Positions 1-9,817 are shown, numbered from the stretch's first letter. The stretch is 64,000 bases of DNA from Minisyncoccota bacterium (GCA_028712445.1 JAQTPY010000001.1:50034-114033); one strand, 5' to 3'. The notes: generated from the letters alone by a model not told the origin. Program-made: numbers and translations.

Positions 1-615
1 CATGCCCACGGCGTTCCTCCTGTTTTAAAGGAAATTAACAAAAACATTGTTTTGGAAGACGCCACCTGCCCCTTGGTAAAAAAAACTCAACTGGTCGCAG
101 AATCTCTTTTTAAAGATAAGTATCAGGTGATAATTATAGGAGACAAAGATCACTCTGAAACAAAAGGAATATCAGGATATGCAAGGGGCAAAGCTTTAAT
201 AATCGAAAAATCTTCCGAAGTAGAAAAATTATCATTTTTCAAAAAAATAGGAGTTGTCGCTCAAACTACCCAAAATATTGAGAATGTTAAAGAAGTTTTG
301 GAAAAACTGAAAGAGAAGTCAAAAAAGATAAAATTTATCAATACCTTATGCCCCGAAGTTCAGGCCAGACAAAAAGAACTTGCTTCAATTCTGACCGACA
401 ATGACGGAATATTGGTCATCGGCTCCAGCAAATCAGCCAACACAAAAAGACTGGTTGAAACGGCGGAAAAAAGAAATAAGAAAGTCTTTTTTGCCAACTG
501 TTCCCGAGAATTGAAAAATTTAAATAACGTTAAAAAATTAGGAGTCGTATCCGGGACATCCACACCAGATTGGGTAATAAAAGAGATCAGTCAAACGCTG
601 TTGGATTTAAAATAA
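1..615 (+). CDS. ispH: 4-hydroxy-3-methylbut-2-enyl diphosphate reductase (IspH/LytB), C-terminal part. The frame is open to the window edge, so this is a 5'-partial gene.
   Basis: Translation carries IspH-like motifs (VVAQTTQ, NTLCPEV, SSKSANTKRL). The frame has no stop from nt 1, and the track ORF starts at an internal TTG. Confidence 0.6.
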   Translation, partial: HAHGVPPVLKEINKNIVLEDATCPLVKKTQLVAESLFKDKYQVIIIGDKDHSETKGISGYARGKALIIEKSSEVEKLSFFKKIGVVAQTTQNIENVKEVLEKLKEKSKKIKFINTLCPEVQARQKELASILTDNDGILVIGSSKSANTKRLVETAEKRNKKVFFANCSRELKNLNNVKKLGVVSGTSTPDWVIKEISQTLLDLK

Positions 616-643
616 CCAGTTCTTTTTATGCGCAGGAGGAAAA

Positions 644-934
644 GTGGAAGTAAATAATCTGCCTAAAGAATGGAGAAACCACAGACATGAAGTCACAGGA
701 TTAATCGCCGAAGATTACAAGCGATGGGCCAAGGGAACACCGATTATGGCAGAGGACGACTGTCCTTGCCAAATAAACGTGATCGTTGTAGAAAACGATC
801 ATGTTTGGAGAATAGACAGCCCTGAGATCACCGATATCATATTAAGATCCTTGAGAATCCCGAAAGAGTTAAGGTTGGTAAATTTATTCAACAATCCTCC
901 GGTAGATCTAACCAAAGCTCCATCTTCCAATTAA
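644..934 (+). CDS. Hypothetical protein.
   Basis: 96-aa ORF in a co-directional gap after ispH. No recognisable motif. Confidence 0.35.
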   Translation: MEVNNLPKEWRNHRHEVTGLIAEDYKRWAKGTPIMAEDDCPCQINVIVVENDHVWRIDSPEITDIILRSLRIPKELRLVNLFNNPPVDLTKAPSSN

Positions 935-952
935 GATGGAGCTTTTTTATAA

Positions 953-2200
953 CTAAAATAAGGTTTTTTGTTTGGGCTTATTTGGAACAATGCCTTTCGA
1001 AAAAATACTTATCTTCCCGTACACTCCGTCGTATCCTGGCTCTTTCTGAACCTTGCCCTCACGCACCCTTATAATTCCTTCTGTAATTTCAGGCAAAGTG
1101 GCCGCTGCCAGATCCTGCTCAGTAACATTCAATAAAATATTGAATTCCGATCCCAATTTCTCAATTAAATTATTGTGCTGCTTTAATACTTCTTTGGTTC
1201 CGATATTTTGAGCCAAAGCATCAGCCACTATTTCCTCTAAAGGCACCAAACTTCTGAAAGGAATGGCGCCTTCGGGAATAAATCCTTCTTTCTTATCGGA
1301 CAGTTTTTCCGCCCTGTTTAAAACCCCCACGGTTAACGGTTTTCCGCAGACAGGACAAGTGCCTCCGTATTTTTCTGTTTCTTGAGGTGAAAGTCTCACC
1401 TCACAATTCCTATGTCCGTCGAAATGGTATTTTCCTTCTTCGGGATAAAATTCAATTGTATAAAGAAATTTCTTTGGGTCCTTTGTTTTTATTGCCTCTA
1501 TAATTGAAGAGTAACTGACCTCTGTATCAAAAACATTGGCCTCCCTCCCTATTTTCCTGGGAGAATGAGCGTCGCTATTTGAAATTAAAGCCAATCTTCT
1601 GCCATCAGGTATTCTCCAAAGCGTCAAAGGGTCTGCGCTTAAACCAGTTTCAAGGGCATAAATATATTCTGCATATTCCCCGAAACACTCTTTAACCGAA
1701 GTGAATCCTGATTTTGACCCGAAAATCCCGAACCAGGGAGTCATGCAGTGGGCGGGTATCGCCATGCAATCCTGAGAAGAATCAAAAATAATCTTTGCCA
1801 GATCTTTTGCCCCGAGTCCCAAAATCGGCCTTCCATCAGCTTTCAGGTTTCCAATTTCAGCCAGACGACCATTTATCTTATCTACAACATCAAAGGAAGG
1901 CGCAAGAACTATTATATGAATCTTGCGCACTCTGTTGTCCTGAGAATATATGCAGCTTATTTCAGAAGTTAAGATAAAACGCGTTCCTTTTTCTTCTTTT
2001 TTCAGCTTAAACAGTCCTTCCTCTGCCGGAACCAAATTATTTTTCAAATAATCCAGCCATTGGGGATGAGTAAAATCCCCTGTTCCCATAACATTGACCC
2101 CTTTTATTCTGGCCCCCTCATCCAAGCCCTTCAGATCCATGTTTTTGGAAGTGGCTCTGGAATATTTTGAATGAATGTGAAAATCAGCAATAAATTTCAT
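953..2200 (-). CDS. Endonuclease Q-like PHP-domain nuclease with a C-terminal zinc ribbon.
   Basis: N-terminal DFHIHSKYSRATSK and MGTGD, central SNSDAHSP...GREAN, and C-terminal CPVCGK closely parallel archaeal/bacterial EndoQ (PHP fold plus Zn finger), recalled from memory. Confidence 0.7.
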   Translation of the reverse strand: MKFIADFHIHSKYSRATSKNMDLKGLDEGARIKGVNVMGTGDFTHPQWLDYLKNNLVPAEEGLFKLKKEEKGTRFILTSEISCIYSQDNRVRKIHIIVLAPSFDVVDKINGRLAEIGNLKADGRPILGLGAKDLAKIIFDSSQDCMAIPAHCMTPWFGIFGSKSGFTSVKECFGEYAEYIYALETGLSADPLTLWRIPDGRRLALISNSDAHSPRKIGREANVFDTEVSYSSIIEAIKTKDPKKFLYTIEFYPEEGKYHFDGHRNCEVRLSPQETEKYGGTCPVCGKPLTVGVLNRAEKLSDKKEGFIPEGAIPFRSLVPLEEIVADALAQNIGTKEVLKQHNNLIEKLGSEFNILLNVTEQDLAAATLPEITEGIIRVREGKVQKEPGYDGVYGKISIFSKGIVPNKPKQKTLF

Positions 2201-3336
2201 CAGAATAATTGAAAAATAGCGCCGAAAATAAAGAGAGCCATTAAAAAATAAGGGACAATCTTGGGAACGTTTATGCTATATTCCGGTTTGCGGTTTCCCA
2301 AAGTCTTGGATTTCATATAAAGCAATATGATAATTACTCCTTCAACTGCCCCGATAATGGAACCTAAAAACCCGATGACTTCCACAAATTGGCGAAATCC
2401 GGCCAAAAATAGAATCATGGGGACACCGATCACCAGAAAATTTGAAATTGTGGGCGATAGTTTGTAGTCGCAAACGCAGGTATTCCTTAAATAGAGAGCT
2501 ATTATCAAAAAGGAATCAGATATGGTGATAAAAGAAGCAAGGGCTCCCAAAAAGATTATTTGGGGGCCCAAAAAAGCAGCCAATCCCCCAAAAACGTCTT
2601 CAGAAGTGCTTTTCCCGCTTATCCCAAAAACCAAAAAGGAAAAAAGAAGGCAGAAAGGAATAATTATCAGAAAAGACGAAGTAATCACTTTCTTTAAAGA
2701 CTTTTTCTCTTCTCCTGTTTTCAATAAAGTTTTTATCTCCGGCAAGGCGCTCATCCCTGCTAAGGAAAAAAGAATTACACCGTAAGGAAGAAGCGAGTTT
2801 GAAAAATTTATCATCTCAAAATTATCGAAACTTATCTTTGGAGCTCCGAAAATGAAAATTGCAATGATAATTATAAAAAAAAGCGAATTAGTCAGGATTT
2901 CAACGGGAGCTATTAATTTTATTCCCTTCAAAATAAGTGGTGAAAAAATCAGCCAAAAAATCAAAGTGCCATAGAAGGGGCTCAAAGGAAAAATATTAGA
3001 TAAAAGAATGCTTAGAAAATCACCCCCCAAAATGATATACACCAAAAGAGATCCTCCGAGCCCTATTATGACCGAGAATGAAACTAAAACGCTTGATTTC
3101 CTGCCAAGATATTTTCTTGTCAGCCCGACCAGACGATAATCTTCTTTGGTTCTCAGCAAAACCTCTCCGAAAAAAAGATGTATTAGAACCATTGCTCCTC
3201 CTAAGATGAAAAAATAAAAAATAACGGGAGCTATCCCGCTTTTTGCAGCAATGTAAGGGAGACCAAAAATTCCAGCCCCAACTGTGGTTCCGATAAAAAC
3301 AAAAAGGGCGAACCAAAAATTCCTATTGAAAAGCAT
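2200..3336 (-). CDS. Polytopic membrane transporter, amino-acid permease-like (APC/HAAAP-type).
   Basis: 378 aa with roughly 11 hydrophobic helices. Overlaps the upstream gene by 1 nt. Confidence 0.5.
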   Translation of the reverse strand: MLFNRNFWFALFVFIGTTVGAGIFGLPYIAAKSGIAPVIFYFFILGGAMVLIHLFFGEVLLRTKEDYRLVGLTRKYLGRKSSVLVSFSVIIGLGGSLLVYIILGGDFLSILLSNIFPLSPFYGTLIFWLIFSPLILKGIKLIAPVEILTNSLFFIIIIAIFIFGAPKISFDNFEMINFSNSLLPYGVILFSLAGMSALPEIKTLLKTGEEKKSLKKVITSSFLIIIPFCLLFSFLVFGISGKSTSEDVFGGLAAFLGPQIIFLGALASFITISDSFLIIALYLRNTCVCDYKLSPTISNFLVIGVPMILFLAGFRQFVEVIGFLGSIIGAVEGVIIILLYMKSKTLGNRKPEYSINVPKIVPYFLMALFIFGAIFQLF

Positions 3337-3345
3337 AATTTATTC

Positions 3346-3756
3346 TTACTTCACTAAATAAACTTTGTATCCGTCCCTCACTCTTTCTTTTATTCTCAAA
3401 CCCACTTCTCCTCCCTTCTTGACCACCTTGACCTTCTCGTGATCGATTTCCATTGAATCCACTTTTTGAGAAAAATCCGTGTTTTCTCCTCCCACCACTC
3501 TGATATTGTCTCCGACTTTCAATGTGCCAGAAACTCCGATCACAGCCACCTTGATGTTGTCAAAATAATGGATGATTTTTCCTATTAACTTTCCCTCGGG
3601 CGTAGCCCTACGGGCGAGCCCTTTTTTTTCTTTTTTTACCGTTTTTTTAACAACAATGGCCTTCTTCGGTGTTTTTTTTACCGAAGCTTTCTTCACCGGT
3701 TTCTTTTTTGGACGAACTGCAGTCTTTTTCTTTTTTGCAATTTTCTTTGTTGGCAT
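3346..3756 (-). CDS. Lys/Ala/Pro-rich histone-H1-like N-terminus fused to a small beta-barrel domain that resembles EF-Tu/IF2 domain II.
   Basis: The first ~45 residues are a KKxxKK low-complexity stretch. The C-terminus reads GKIIHYFDNIKVAVIGVSGTLKVGDNIRVVGG...GLRI. Confidence 0.45.
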   Translation of the reverse strand: MPTKKIAKKKKTAVRPKKKPVKKASVKKTPKKAIVVKKTVKKEKKGLARRATPEGKLIGKIIHYFDNIKVAVIGVSGTLKVGDNIRVVGGENTDFSQKVDSMEIDHEKVKVVKKGGEVGLRIKERVRDGYKVYLVK

Positions 3757-3774
3757 AATTTTGTTAATTTAATT

Positions 3775-4335
3775 TTACAAACGACCTTTTTCTTTCTTCA
3801 TTAATTCAATTAAATTCTTTACCAGAACCCTGGGAGACTCACTGTAAATAATATTCATCTTTCCCCTAAAGGGACGTTTTATTATCGTCCTTATTTCGTC
3901 AGCAAGACCACCAGTTCCCTCCAAAACTCCTATTGGCTTTTCGTCTTCAAAAGCAATCGTGAATTCATTCAGGGTTCCCATTCTGCCTGAAACAACAATA
4001 ATTGCGTCCGCTGCTCTGGTCATTAAAAGATTCCTTCCCGCATAGCCAAAACCCGTATAGACGATCATGTCAAAAGCATCAATGGGCAATCTGTAGGTTT
4101 TAACATGAGAAAGAGCGGATGAGGCCGGAGAAAAACCGATAGAAATGCCTCCTGCCTCTTTGGCCCCATGGGCCGCATAATGAGGAGTTCCTGTGGTTGC
4201 TCCTGTCACCAAGACGCATCCTTGTTTGGCTATTTCTTTCCCCACTTCCTTTGCTAACTCAATCGCTCTTTTTGAGCAGAAGTTTTCGTCAGCTGCCCCG
4301 GTCACCGCAATTTTGAATTTTTCTTTGTATATCAT
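3775..4335 (-). CDS. LOG/TIGR00725-family Rossmann-fold protein (lysine-decarboxylase-like).
   Basis: KIAVTGAA...VLVTGATTG...VVSGRMGTLNEF motif arrangement. Confidence 0.55.
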   Translation of the reverse strand: MIYKEKFKIAVTGAADENFCSKRAIELAKEVGKEIAKQGCVLVTGATTGTPHYAAHGAKEAGGISIGFSPASSALSHVKTYRLPIDAFDMIVYTGFGYAGRNLLMTRAADAIIVVSGRMGTLNEFTIAFEDEKPIGVLEGTGGLADEIRTIIKRPFRGKMNIIYSESPRVLVKNLIELMKKEKGRL

Positions 4336-4367
4336 GTTTTAAATTATTTTATCACACCGGATGAAAT

Positions 4368-4397
4368 CAAAAAAGAGCAACTAAATGCTCTTTTTTG
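4368..4397. terminator. Bidirectional rho-independent terminator-like hairpin.
   Basis: caaaaaagagca-actaaa-tgctctttttt: an 11-bp perfect stem with A- and T-tracts on either side. Confidence 0.5.
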
Positions 4398-4707
4398 ATG
4401 AGGGGGGATAATCCCCGATAAAATTGACCGATTTCCCGAGTCTAGTTGGACTGACCAGGCAGCTGCTTTTTGGTCTCCTTCACCAAAGACTATTTGTCCT
4501 TTTGGGCATATAAACCCGCACCCCTCGTTAATAAGTTTAAGCCAACAATATTCTTATGTCAAATGAAGATTTTGTGGATTGGATTTTTCCCCTTATTTAT
4601 TCGGGAAATGCACAGGAAAGAACAGTTTTTTCACAATTTTTCCACAAACTTTACGGATTCTAAACAGTTTCTGCATCCAACCTCGTAAGTCGATAGTTTA
4701 AAAACAC

Positions 4708-4974
4708 TTATCTAATCTTTGATAAAATCCATTTTTGACATTTGTTTGCCCAAATAATAGACATTTCAACTTTGGCTAATTCAACGCCTTTTCCGATAAT
4801 CTTTAACTTCCCTTTGCCCAATCCTACGGTATCTATTGTAACAGTGTCGATGTCAACAATACATATTTTAAAAGTTTTACCGTAAGGATGAGAGAAATTT
4901 AAAAAACCATCTTTAATAAATAACTTTCCTCCAACGCCAAGAAAACCAATGCTTAATTTTTGATCATTTGCCAT
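4708..4974 (-). CDS. Hypothetical small protein, possibly a PH-like beta fold.
   Basis: 88-aa ORF with its own gap. No strong motif. Confidence 0.3.
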   Translation of the reverse strand: MANDQKLSIGFLGVGGKLFIKDGFLNFSHPYGKTFKICIVDIDTVTIDTVGLGKGKLKIIGKGVELAKVEMSIIWANKCQKWILSKIR

Positions 4975-5034
4975 GTTGTATGATTTTAATAATAGCCTAC
5001 AGTATTTATTTATATATAATATTAAAGATTACTG

Positions 5035-5106
5035 TGCCCCTGCTGAGAATCGAACTCGGATTTCAGCCTTCGGAGGGCTGCGCTTTATCCGTTAAGCTAC
5101 AGGGGC
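5035..5106 (-). tRNA. tRNA-Arg (anticodon CCG).
   Basis: Reverse complement folds as a cloverleaf: 7-bp acceptor GCCCCTG/CAGGGGC, anticodon loop CTCCGAA, T-loop TTCGATT with one mismatch in the T-stem. Confidence 0.8.
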
Positions 5107-5112
5107 CCCTAC

Positions 5113-5826
5113 TTACAGACGGGCAGGCTTTTCTGCGATAATATAAATGTTGGTTCGGGGGTCCTCTCCTCCTCTCCAACTCTTTTTTATCATAAATCCC
5201 GCCTTTTTAATCAAATTCTCTATCTCTTTTTTAGTGAAGCAATGGAAATAACGGTTGATCAGAATTTTCCCTTGCGAATCTTTCCAGGGAACAAAAACAT
5301 CTTTAAAATCCAATTTGGACTTTCCCAAAATCTTTAAAAAAGAATATCTTATAAATAGAGGAAGAAAATCTTTTCTTTTCCAAAAGTCCCAGACTCTCAA
5401 AAAAAGCACTCCTCCCGGCTTTAATACCCGCTTTGACTCCAAAAGATAATGCAGTTGATATTCGCAAGAAGGAATGTTATGAATAACGGATATGCTTAAT
5501 ATCTTGTCAAAAAAATTATCTTCAAAAGGCAGATCCAGGGTATTGGCTGTCTGAAACTTCCCTTTAGGATAATTTTTTAGAGCAATCTTTATCAGCTTCT
5601 CAGAAATGTCCACACCATAATAATCAACTCCTTTGTCTTTCAAAATATTATACAGTCTTCCTGAGGCGCATCCTGAATCCAAAACTCTGTCCCCCTTTTG
5701 GGCGTATCCTGTTAAAGATTTAATGTCTTCCGGAATAAAAGCCCTTGTTCTGGTGTAGCTTTCTGCCGTCAGATTGTAATTTTTCCTCGTATCTTCCAAT
5801 AGATATTTAGCGTAATTTCTATCCAT
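5113..5826 (-). CDS. Class I SAM-dependent methyltransferase.
   Basis: VLDSGCASGRL (motif I) and a methyltransferase-11-like layout. Confidence 0.6.
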   Translation of the reverse strand: MDRNYAKYLLEDTRKNYNLTAESYTRTRAFIPEDIKSLTGYAQKGDRVLDSGCASGRLYNILKDKGVDYYGVDISEKLIKIALKNYPKGKFQTANTLDLPFEDNFFDKILSISVIHNIPSCEYQLHYLLESKRVLKPGGVLFLRVWDFWKRKDFLPLFIRYSFLKILGKSKLDFKDVFVPWKDSQGKILINRYFHCFTKKEIENLIKKAGFMIKKSWRGGEDPRTNIYIIAEKPARL

Positions 5827-7384
5827 GGATATTTCAGAATCAATAATTCAAGAATTAATCATGTCCAGAGCAAAGACTTTGGACGGTTTGGCTCGGGCAA
5901 AAAGGAAAATGGCAAGAAAAAACAAAATATCCCTGCCAACCAATATTTCCTTACTTAAAAGGTATCACGAATTGATTAAAAAGGAAAAAATAAAAAAATC
6001 GAACACCCTTGAATTACTTTTAAGAACAAGGCCTATCCGATCCCTTTCAGGCATCGTCAATGTTTCTGTTTTGACCAAACCTTACCCTTGTCCGGGAAAT
6101 TGTCTTTATTGCCCACAGGAGTTGGAAATTCCCAAAAGCTATGTTTCCGGCGAGCCTGCCGTAGAAAGAGCAAAAAAACTGGGTTTTAACCCTTTTCTGC
6201 AGGTTAAAAAAAGAATTGAAATGCTGAAAGCAGAAGGGCACCCCACAGATAAAATAGAGTTAAGGATTGTCGGAGGCACATGGAGTTATTATCCCAAAAA
6301 ATACCAGGAATGGTTCGTTAAGCGTTGTTTTGAAGCCTGCAATTCCAAAAAATCAAAAGCACGGAGGTCTGACCTCCGATCATTTCAAAAACAGAACGAA
6401 AAAGCTGAACACAGAATTGTCGGCTTATCTGTTGAAACCAGGCCTGATTTTATTAATAAAAAAGAAATAGATCATTTAAGAAAACTGGGAGCAACTTTAG
6501 TAGAGCTGGGAGTCCAGTCAATCTATGATGATGTTCTGTCTTTAAATAAACGGGGGCACGGGGTGAAGGAAACCATCGAAGCCACCAAACTCTTAAAAGA
6601 TGCCGGTTTTAAGGTCCTCTATCAAATAATGCCCAACCTTCCCGGTTCAAATTTAAAAAAAGACGAAGCAATGTTCAAAGAACTGTTCTCAAACCCTGAC
6701 TTCCAGCCAGATCTACTCAAGATATATCCCTGCGCCCTCTTAAAAGAAGCTCCTTTATACAAATTCTGGAGAGAAGGCAAATACATGCCTTATTCTGAAA
6801 AAGAACTTACCGAACTGCTAAAGAAGATAAAGAAAAACATTCCCTGCTACGTTAGAATTCAGAGAATTACAAGAGACATTCCCTCTCACTTGATCGTAGC
6901 AGGGCCTGCCAGAATCTCTAACTTAAGGCAAGTCTTAATAGCAAGCATGAAAAAAGAAAATTGGTCGTGCAAATGCATAAGATGCAGGGAAATCAAAGGC
7001 GAATACGATCACAAAGAAAGGGTTTTTTTCTTGCGCCAAGATTATCAGGCCTCGCAGGGCAGGGAGATATTTTTAAGTTTTGAGAACAAAAATAGGACAA
7101 AAATTTACAGCCTCCTGCGTTTAAGAAAAACTTCTGGCAGCAAAGCGTTTATCAGAGAGGTTCATACTTACGGCCAACTAATTCCTTTAAGAAAGGACTT
7201 TGATTTATCATCCTCTCCTCAGCACAGAGGATTTGGCAAAAAACTCATTAAAGAAGCTGAAAAAATAGCAAAAAAGGAATTTAAGGCAAAAGAATTAAGC
7301 GTTATTTCCGGAGCAGGAGTGAGGGGATATTACAGAAAACTCGGATATAAGCTGAGAGATACGTACATGGTCAAAAAGATTTAA
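5825..7384 (+). CDS. elp3: Elp3-family radical SAM / GNAT protein (tRNA wobble-uridine modification homolog).
   Basis: CPGNCLYCP radical-SAM CxxxCxxC cluster, a long central domain, and a C-terminal GNAT-like region (GFGKKLIKEAE...GAGVRGYYRKLGY). Confidence 0.75.
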   Translation: MDISESIIQELIMSRAKTLDGLARAKRKMARKNKISLPTNISLLKRYHELIKKEKIKKSNTLELLLRTRPIRSLSGIVNVSVLTKPYPCPGNCLYCPQELEIPKSYVSGEPAVERAKKLGFNPFLQVKKRIEMLKAEGHPTDKIELRIVGGTWSYYPKKYQEWFVKRCFEACNSKKSKARRSDLRSFQKQNEKAEHRIVGLSVETRPDFINKKEIDHLRKLGATLVELGVQSIYDDVLSLNKRGHGVKETIEATKLLKDAGFKVLYQIMPNLPGSNLKKDEAMFKELFSNPDFQPDLLKIYPCALLKEAPLYKFWREGKYMPYSEKELTELLKKIKKNIPCYVRIQRITRDIPSHLIVAGPARISNLRQVLIASMKKENWSCKCIRCREIKGEYDHKERVFFLRQDYQASQGREIFLSFENKNRTKIYSLLRLRKTSGSKAFIREVHTYGQLIPLRKDFDLSSSPQHRGFGKKLIKEAEKIAKKEFKAKELSVISGAGVRGYYRKLGYKLRDTYMVKKI

Positions 7385-7940
7385 TCTTTTTTGCCAGTTT
7401 TCTGAAATCTTTTCTAAGAATTTCTTTGAATTTAACAAATCTCAATCCGGCTGAAGGATGAAAAGTAATAAAAAATTTCTGCTCTCCCCATTCTTTATTC
7501 AGGGTCAAAAACTCTCCCCGGCTCCTGGAAAGCGATTTTCCTTCGTTAACTATCGTGTCGAAGGCAAACCTGCCCAAAACAACTATTATTTTGGGCCTAA
7601 CAATCTCAATCTGCTTTCTCCACCAAATCTCGCAAGCTTTAATCTCGCATTTCTTGGGCTGCCTGTTGTTTGGAGGCCTGTGCTTTAAGATGGAAGTAAT
7701 GAAAACCTTATCCCTGTTAACTCCGTTTTCTTCCAGCAACTGAGTCAGCAATTTCCCCGACCTTCCAACAAACGGCTTTCCTGTTAAGCTTTCCTCTCGA
7801 CCTGGCGCTTCTCCAAAAAACATAACCTTGGCATTAGCAGGCCCTTCGCCGGGTACGGCATTTTTAGCTCCTTTCCAAAGAGGACATCTTCTGCAATTTT
7901 TAATCTCATTGTCTAATTTTTCAATTCTGCTTTTAACCAT
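7371..7940 (-). CDS. udg: Uracil-DNA glycosylase, family 4.
   Basis: CRRCPL ... GEGPANAKVMFFGEAPGREESLTGKPFVGRSGKLL is the classic family-4 UDG signature. Confidence 0.8.
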   Translation of the reverse strand: MVKSRIEKLDNEIKNCRRCPLWKGAKNAVPGEGPANAKVMFFGEAPGREESLTGKPFVGRSGKLLTQLLEENGVNRDKVFITSILKHRPPNNRQPKKCEIKACEIWWRKQIEIVRPKIIVVLGRFAFDTIVNEGKSLSRSRGEFLTLNKEWGEQKFFITFHPSAGLRFVKFKEILRKDFRKLAKKIKSF

Positions 7941-8566
7941 CTGTATTTTTTAAATTGATCTTTTTTAAAAGAAAACTTAAACCCCTCTCTCTTTAAAATC
8001 TCTCCTATTTCCTTTTTCTGTAAAGGATCAAACTCCATAAAAATCACTCCTCCTTTCTTTAAATGCTTCCTTGCTTGAGGAACAAACTTCCTTATACAGT
8101 CCATGCCTTCCTTGCCGGAAAACAAAGCCAAATGCGGATCTTTTTTTAAAACTTCCTTCTGAACTTCCTTTATCCTATTTTGAGCCACGTAAGGAGGATT
8201 GGCAAAAATATAGTCATATTTTAAATTATTCGTTTTTTTAAAAAGATCCGACTGAAGAACTCTGTATCTTTTTTTGTCGATTTTATTTTTCTTTAAGTTT
8301 TCTTTGATCTGCAGAATTGCCTCCCTGCTGATATCTATAAAATCCGCTTGGGATTTTTTAAATGATTTTAAAATGGATATCCCCATGCATCCTGTCCCTG
8401 AAAAGATATCAAGAAATTTAAACTTTTTATCTTTTTTGATTTCCCTTAAAGCTCTCTCAACCCAAAATTCAGTCTCTATTCTTGGAGAAAAAACTTTTTG
8501 AGTAATAGATATTCTGCAGTTCAGAAACTTCATTTGTTCCTTGAAATTCTGATGAGGCCCGAGCAT
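7913..8566 (-). CDS. prmC: Release-factor glutamine N5-methyltransferase (PrmC/HemK family). The real start is probably the internal Met at 8533, which abuts the Nif3 stop.
   Basis: VFSPRIETEFWVERAL, DIFSGTGCMGISIL and FANPPYV motifs. Confidence 0.65.
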   Translation of the reverse strand: MLGPHQNFKEQMKFLNCRISITQKVFSPRIETEFWVERALREIKKDKKFKFLDIFSGTGCMGISILKSFKKSQADFIDISREAILQIKENLKKNKIDKKRYRVLQSDLFKKTNNLKYDYIFANPPYVAQNRIKEVQKEVLKKDPHLALFSGKEGMDCIRKFVPQARKHLKKGGVIFMEFDPLQKKEIGEILKREGFKFSFKKDQFKKYRWLKAELKN

Positions 8567-9477
8567 GGAATGATTTCAATTCCCTGCTTTTCAAGCTCAT
8601 CTAAGAAGAGATTCATTCCGAGAGAATCTGAAGAAATGTGGCCGGCAACAACAACATTAACGCTGGCTGACTCAGCTTCTTTTTTATGGTCTTCGGAAAT
8701 ATGCATTCCAACAACCGTGCCGATTCCTGCCTGAGCCAGTTTGCCGTAAATTAGAGGGGAGGGCTCGGTGCCGCCCGTAATCTCAGCTACCGATATTTTC
8801 CCGCAGCGGTTTTCAGGGGAGCCTACAAAAATTTTAGGTCCAGCTCCCAACTCCGAAGCTTTATGGTATTCAGGAACTTCCTTTAAAATCTTAATTATTT
8901 CTGCCAATGTCTCCGGTTTTTCTCTCTCAATCAGACTTTTCAAAAAACTGGCTGCCAAATTATCAGCCGGAGTATGACAATTTATCAAATTGAAACCGAG
9001 AAGCCGGGCTGCATCCACTGCTCTTTGATGATTTAATCTGTTTATTCCTCTTGCAACTTCTCCTACTTTTTCTTTCATCAATCCTTCGGCGATGTTTATC
9101 GGCACTCCGTAAAGATTGAGAACGTCGCATTGCAACTCCATTACCTCATGGAGACTGGAAAGCCCTTTTCCTAGAGGATGATGGGAAATAATCAAATCAA
9201 TATTTCCCAGTTCTTTTGCTAAAAGAACTTCTGCGGGGTCAATATCAATCCCGACCAAAACCCTCTTTATCTCTCTGTCATCAGAAATATTAAGTATCCT
9301 TGAATCTAGATACGGATTTTCCAAAGAATCCAAATCAAATTCTCCCTTCTCTTCCTCAGAAATTCTCTCATACTTAGCCCTCTTTTTCCGTAGGAATTTT
9401 TCTACTCCTTCTTTTCCTCTCAGATCAAATTCAATCCCCTTATTTATTGCCAGTTCGTATATTTGATTTGTCTTCAT
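8530..9477 (-). CDS. Nif3-family dinuclear metal-centre protein.
   Basis: IISHHPL and VVAGHISSD motifs, ~315 aa. Confidence 0.55.
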   Translation of the reverse strand: MKTNQIYELAINKGIEFDLRGKEGVEKFLRKKRAKYERISEEEKGEFDLDSLENPYLDSRILNISDDREIKRVLVGIDIDPAEVLLAKELGNIDLIISHHPLGKGLSSLHEVMELQCDVLNLYGVPINIAEGLMKEKVGEVARGINRLNHQRAVDAARLLGFNLINCHTPADNLAASFLKSLIEREKPETLAEIIKILKEVPEYHKASELGAGPKIFVGSPENRCGKISVAEITGGTEPSPLIYGKLAQAGIGTVVGMHISEDHKKEAESASVNVVVAGHISSDSLGMNLFLDELEKQGIEIIPCSGLIRISRNK

Positions 9478-9649
9478 TTTTATTTAAATTAACCTTTTTC
9501 TGTCTCATCGCTTTATCTTTTATTGCAATCTGAGAATAGATTTCTTGAATTTTTTTCGCTTGTTCTTTTAAATCCAAAATTTCGCGTCGAATCCGCGCCT
9601 TCTCTCTGCGAATGTGTTTCTTAGTGCTCTTTGAGAATATTTTTGTCAT
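9440..9649 (-). CDS. Small basic hypothetical protein (uncertain).
   Basis: 69-aa Lys/Arg-rich ORF in the gap between atpC and nif3. It overlaps the nif3 start in another frame. Confidence 0.2.
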   Translation of the reverse strand: MTKIFSKSTKKHIRREKARIRREILDLKEQAKKIQEIYSQIAIKDKAMRQKKVNLNKNEDKSNIRTGNK

Positions 9650-9817
9650 AACATCAGTCCGTAATCAATAATCCCTGATTTTAAGCTTTTTACCTCTTCT
9701 TGTCCAATGGTCCGATTTTTTACTCCACATTTATTATCTTATCTTCTTTGAGGCAATACAAATAAGGGCATTGAAAATGTCTTTAAAAACTGGAGCTGCT
9801 TAATCTCCGGAGGCGGG

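Noticed and set aside
4470-4688. 72-aa plus-strand ORF in the long intergenic gap.
   Set aside because: No RBS, an odd composition (Phe/Trp-rich), and it spans predicted hairpins. It is probably a non-coding region.
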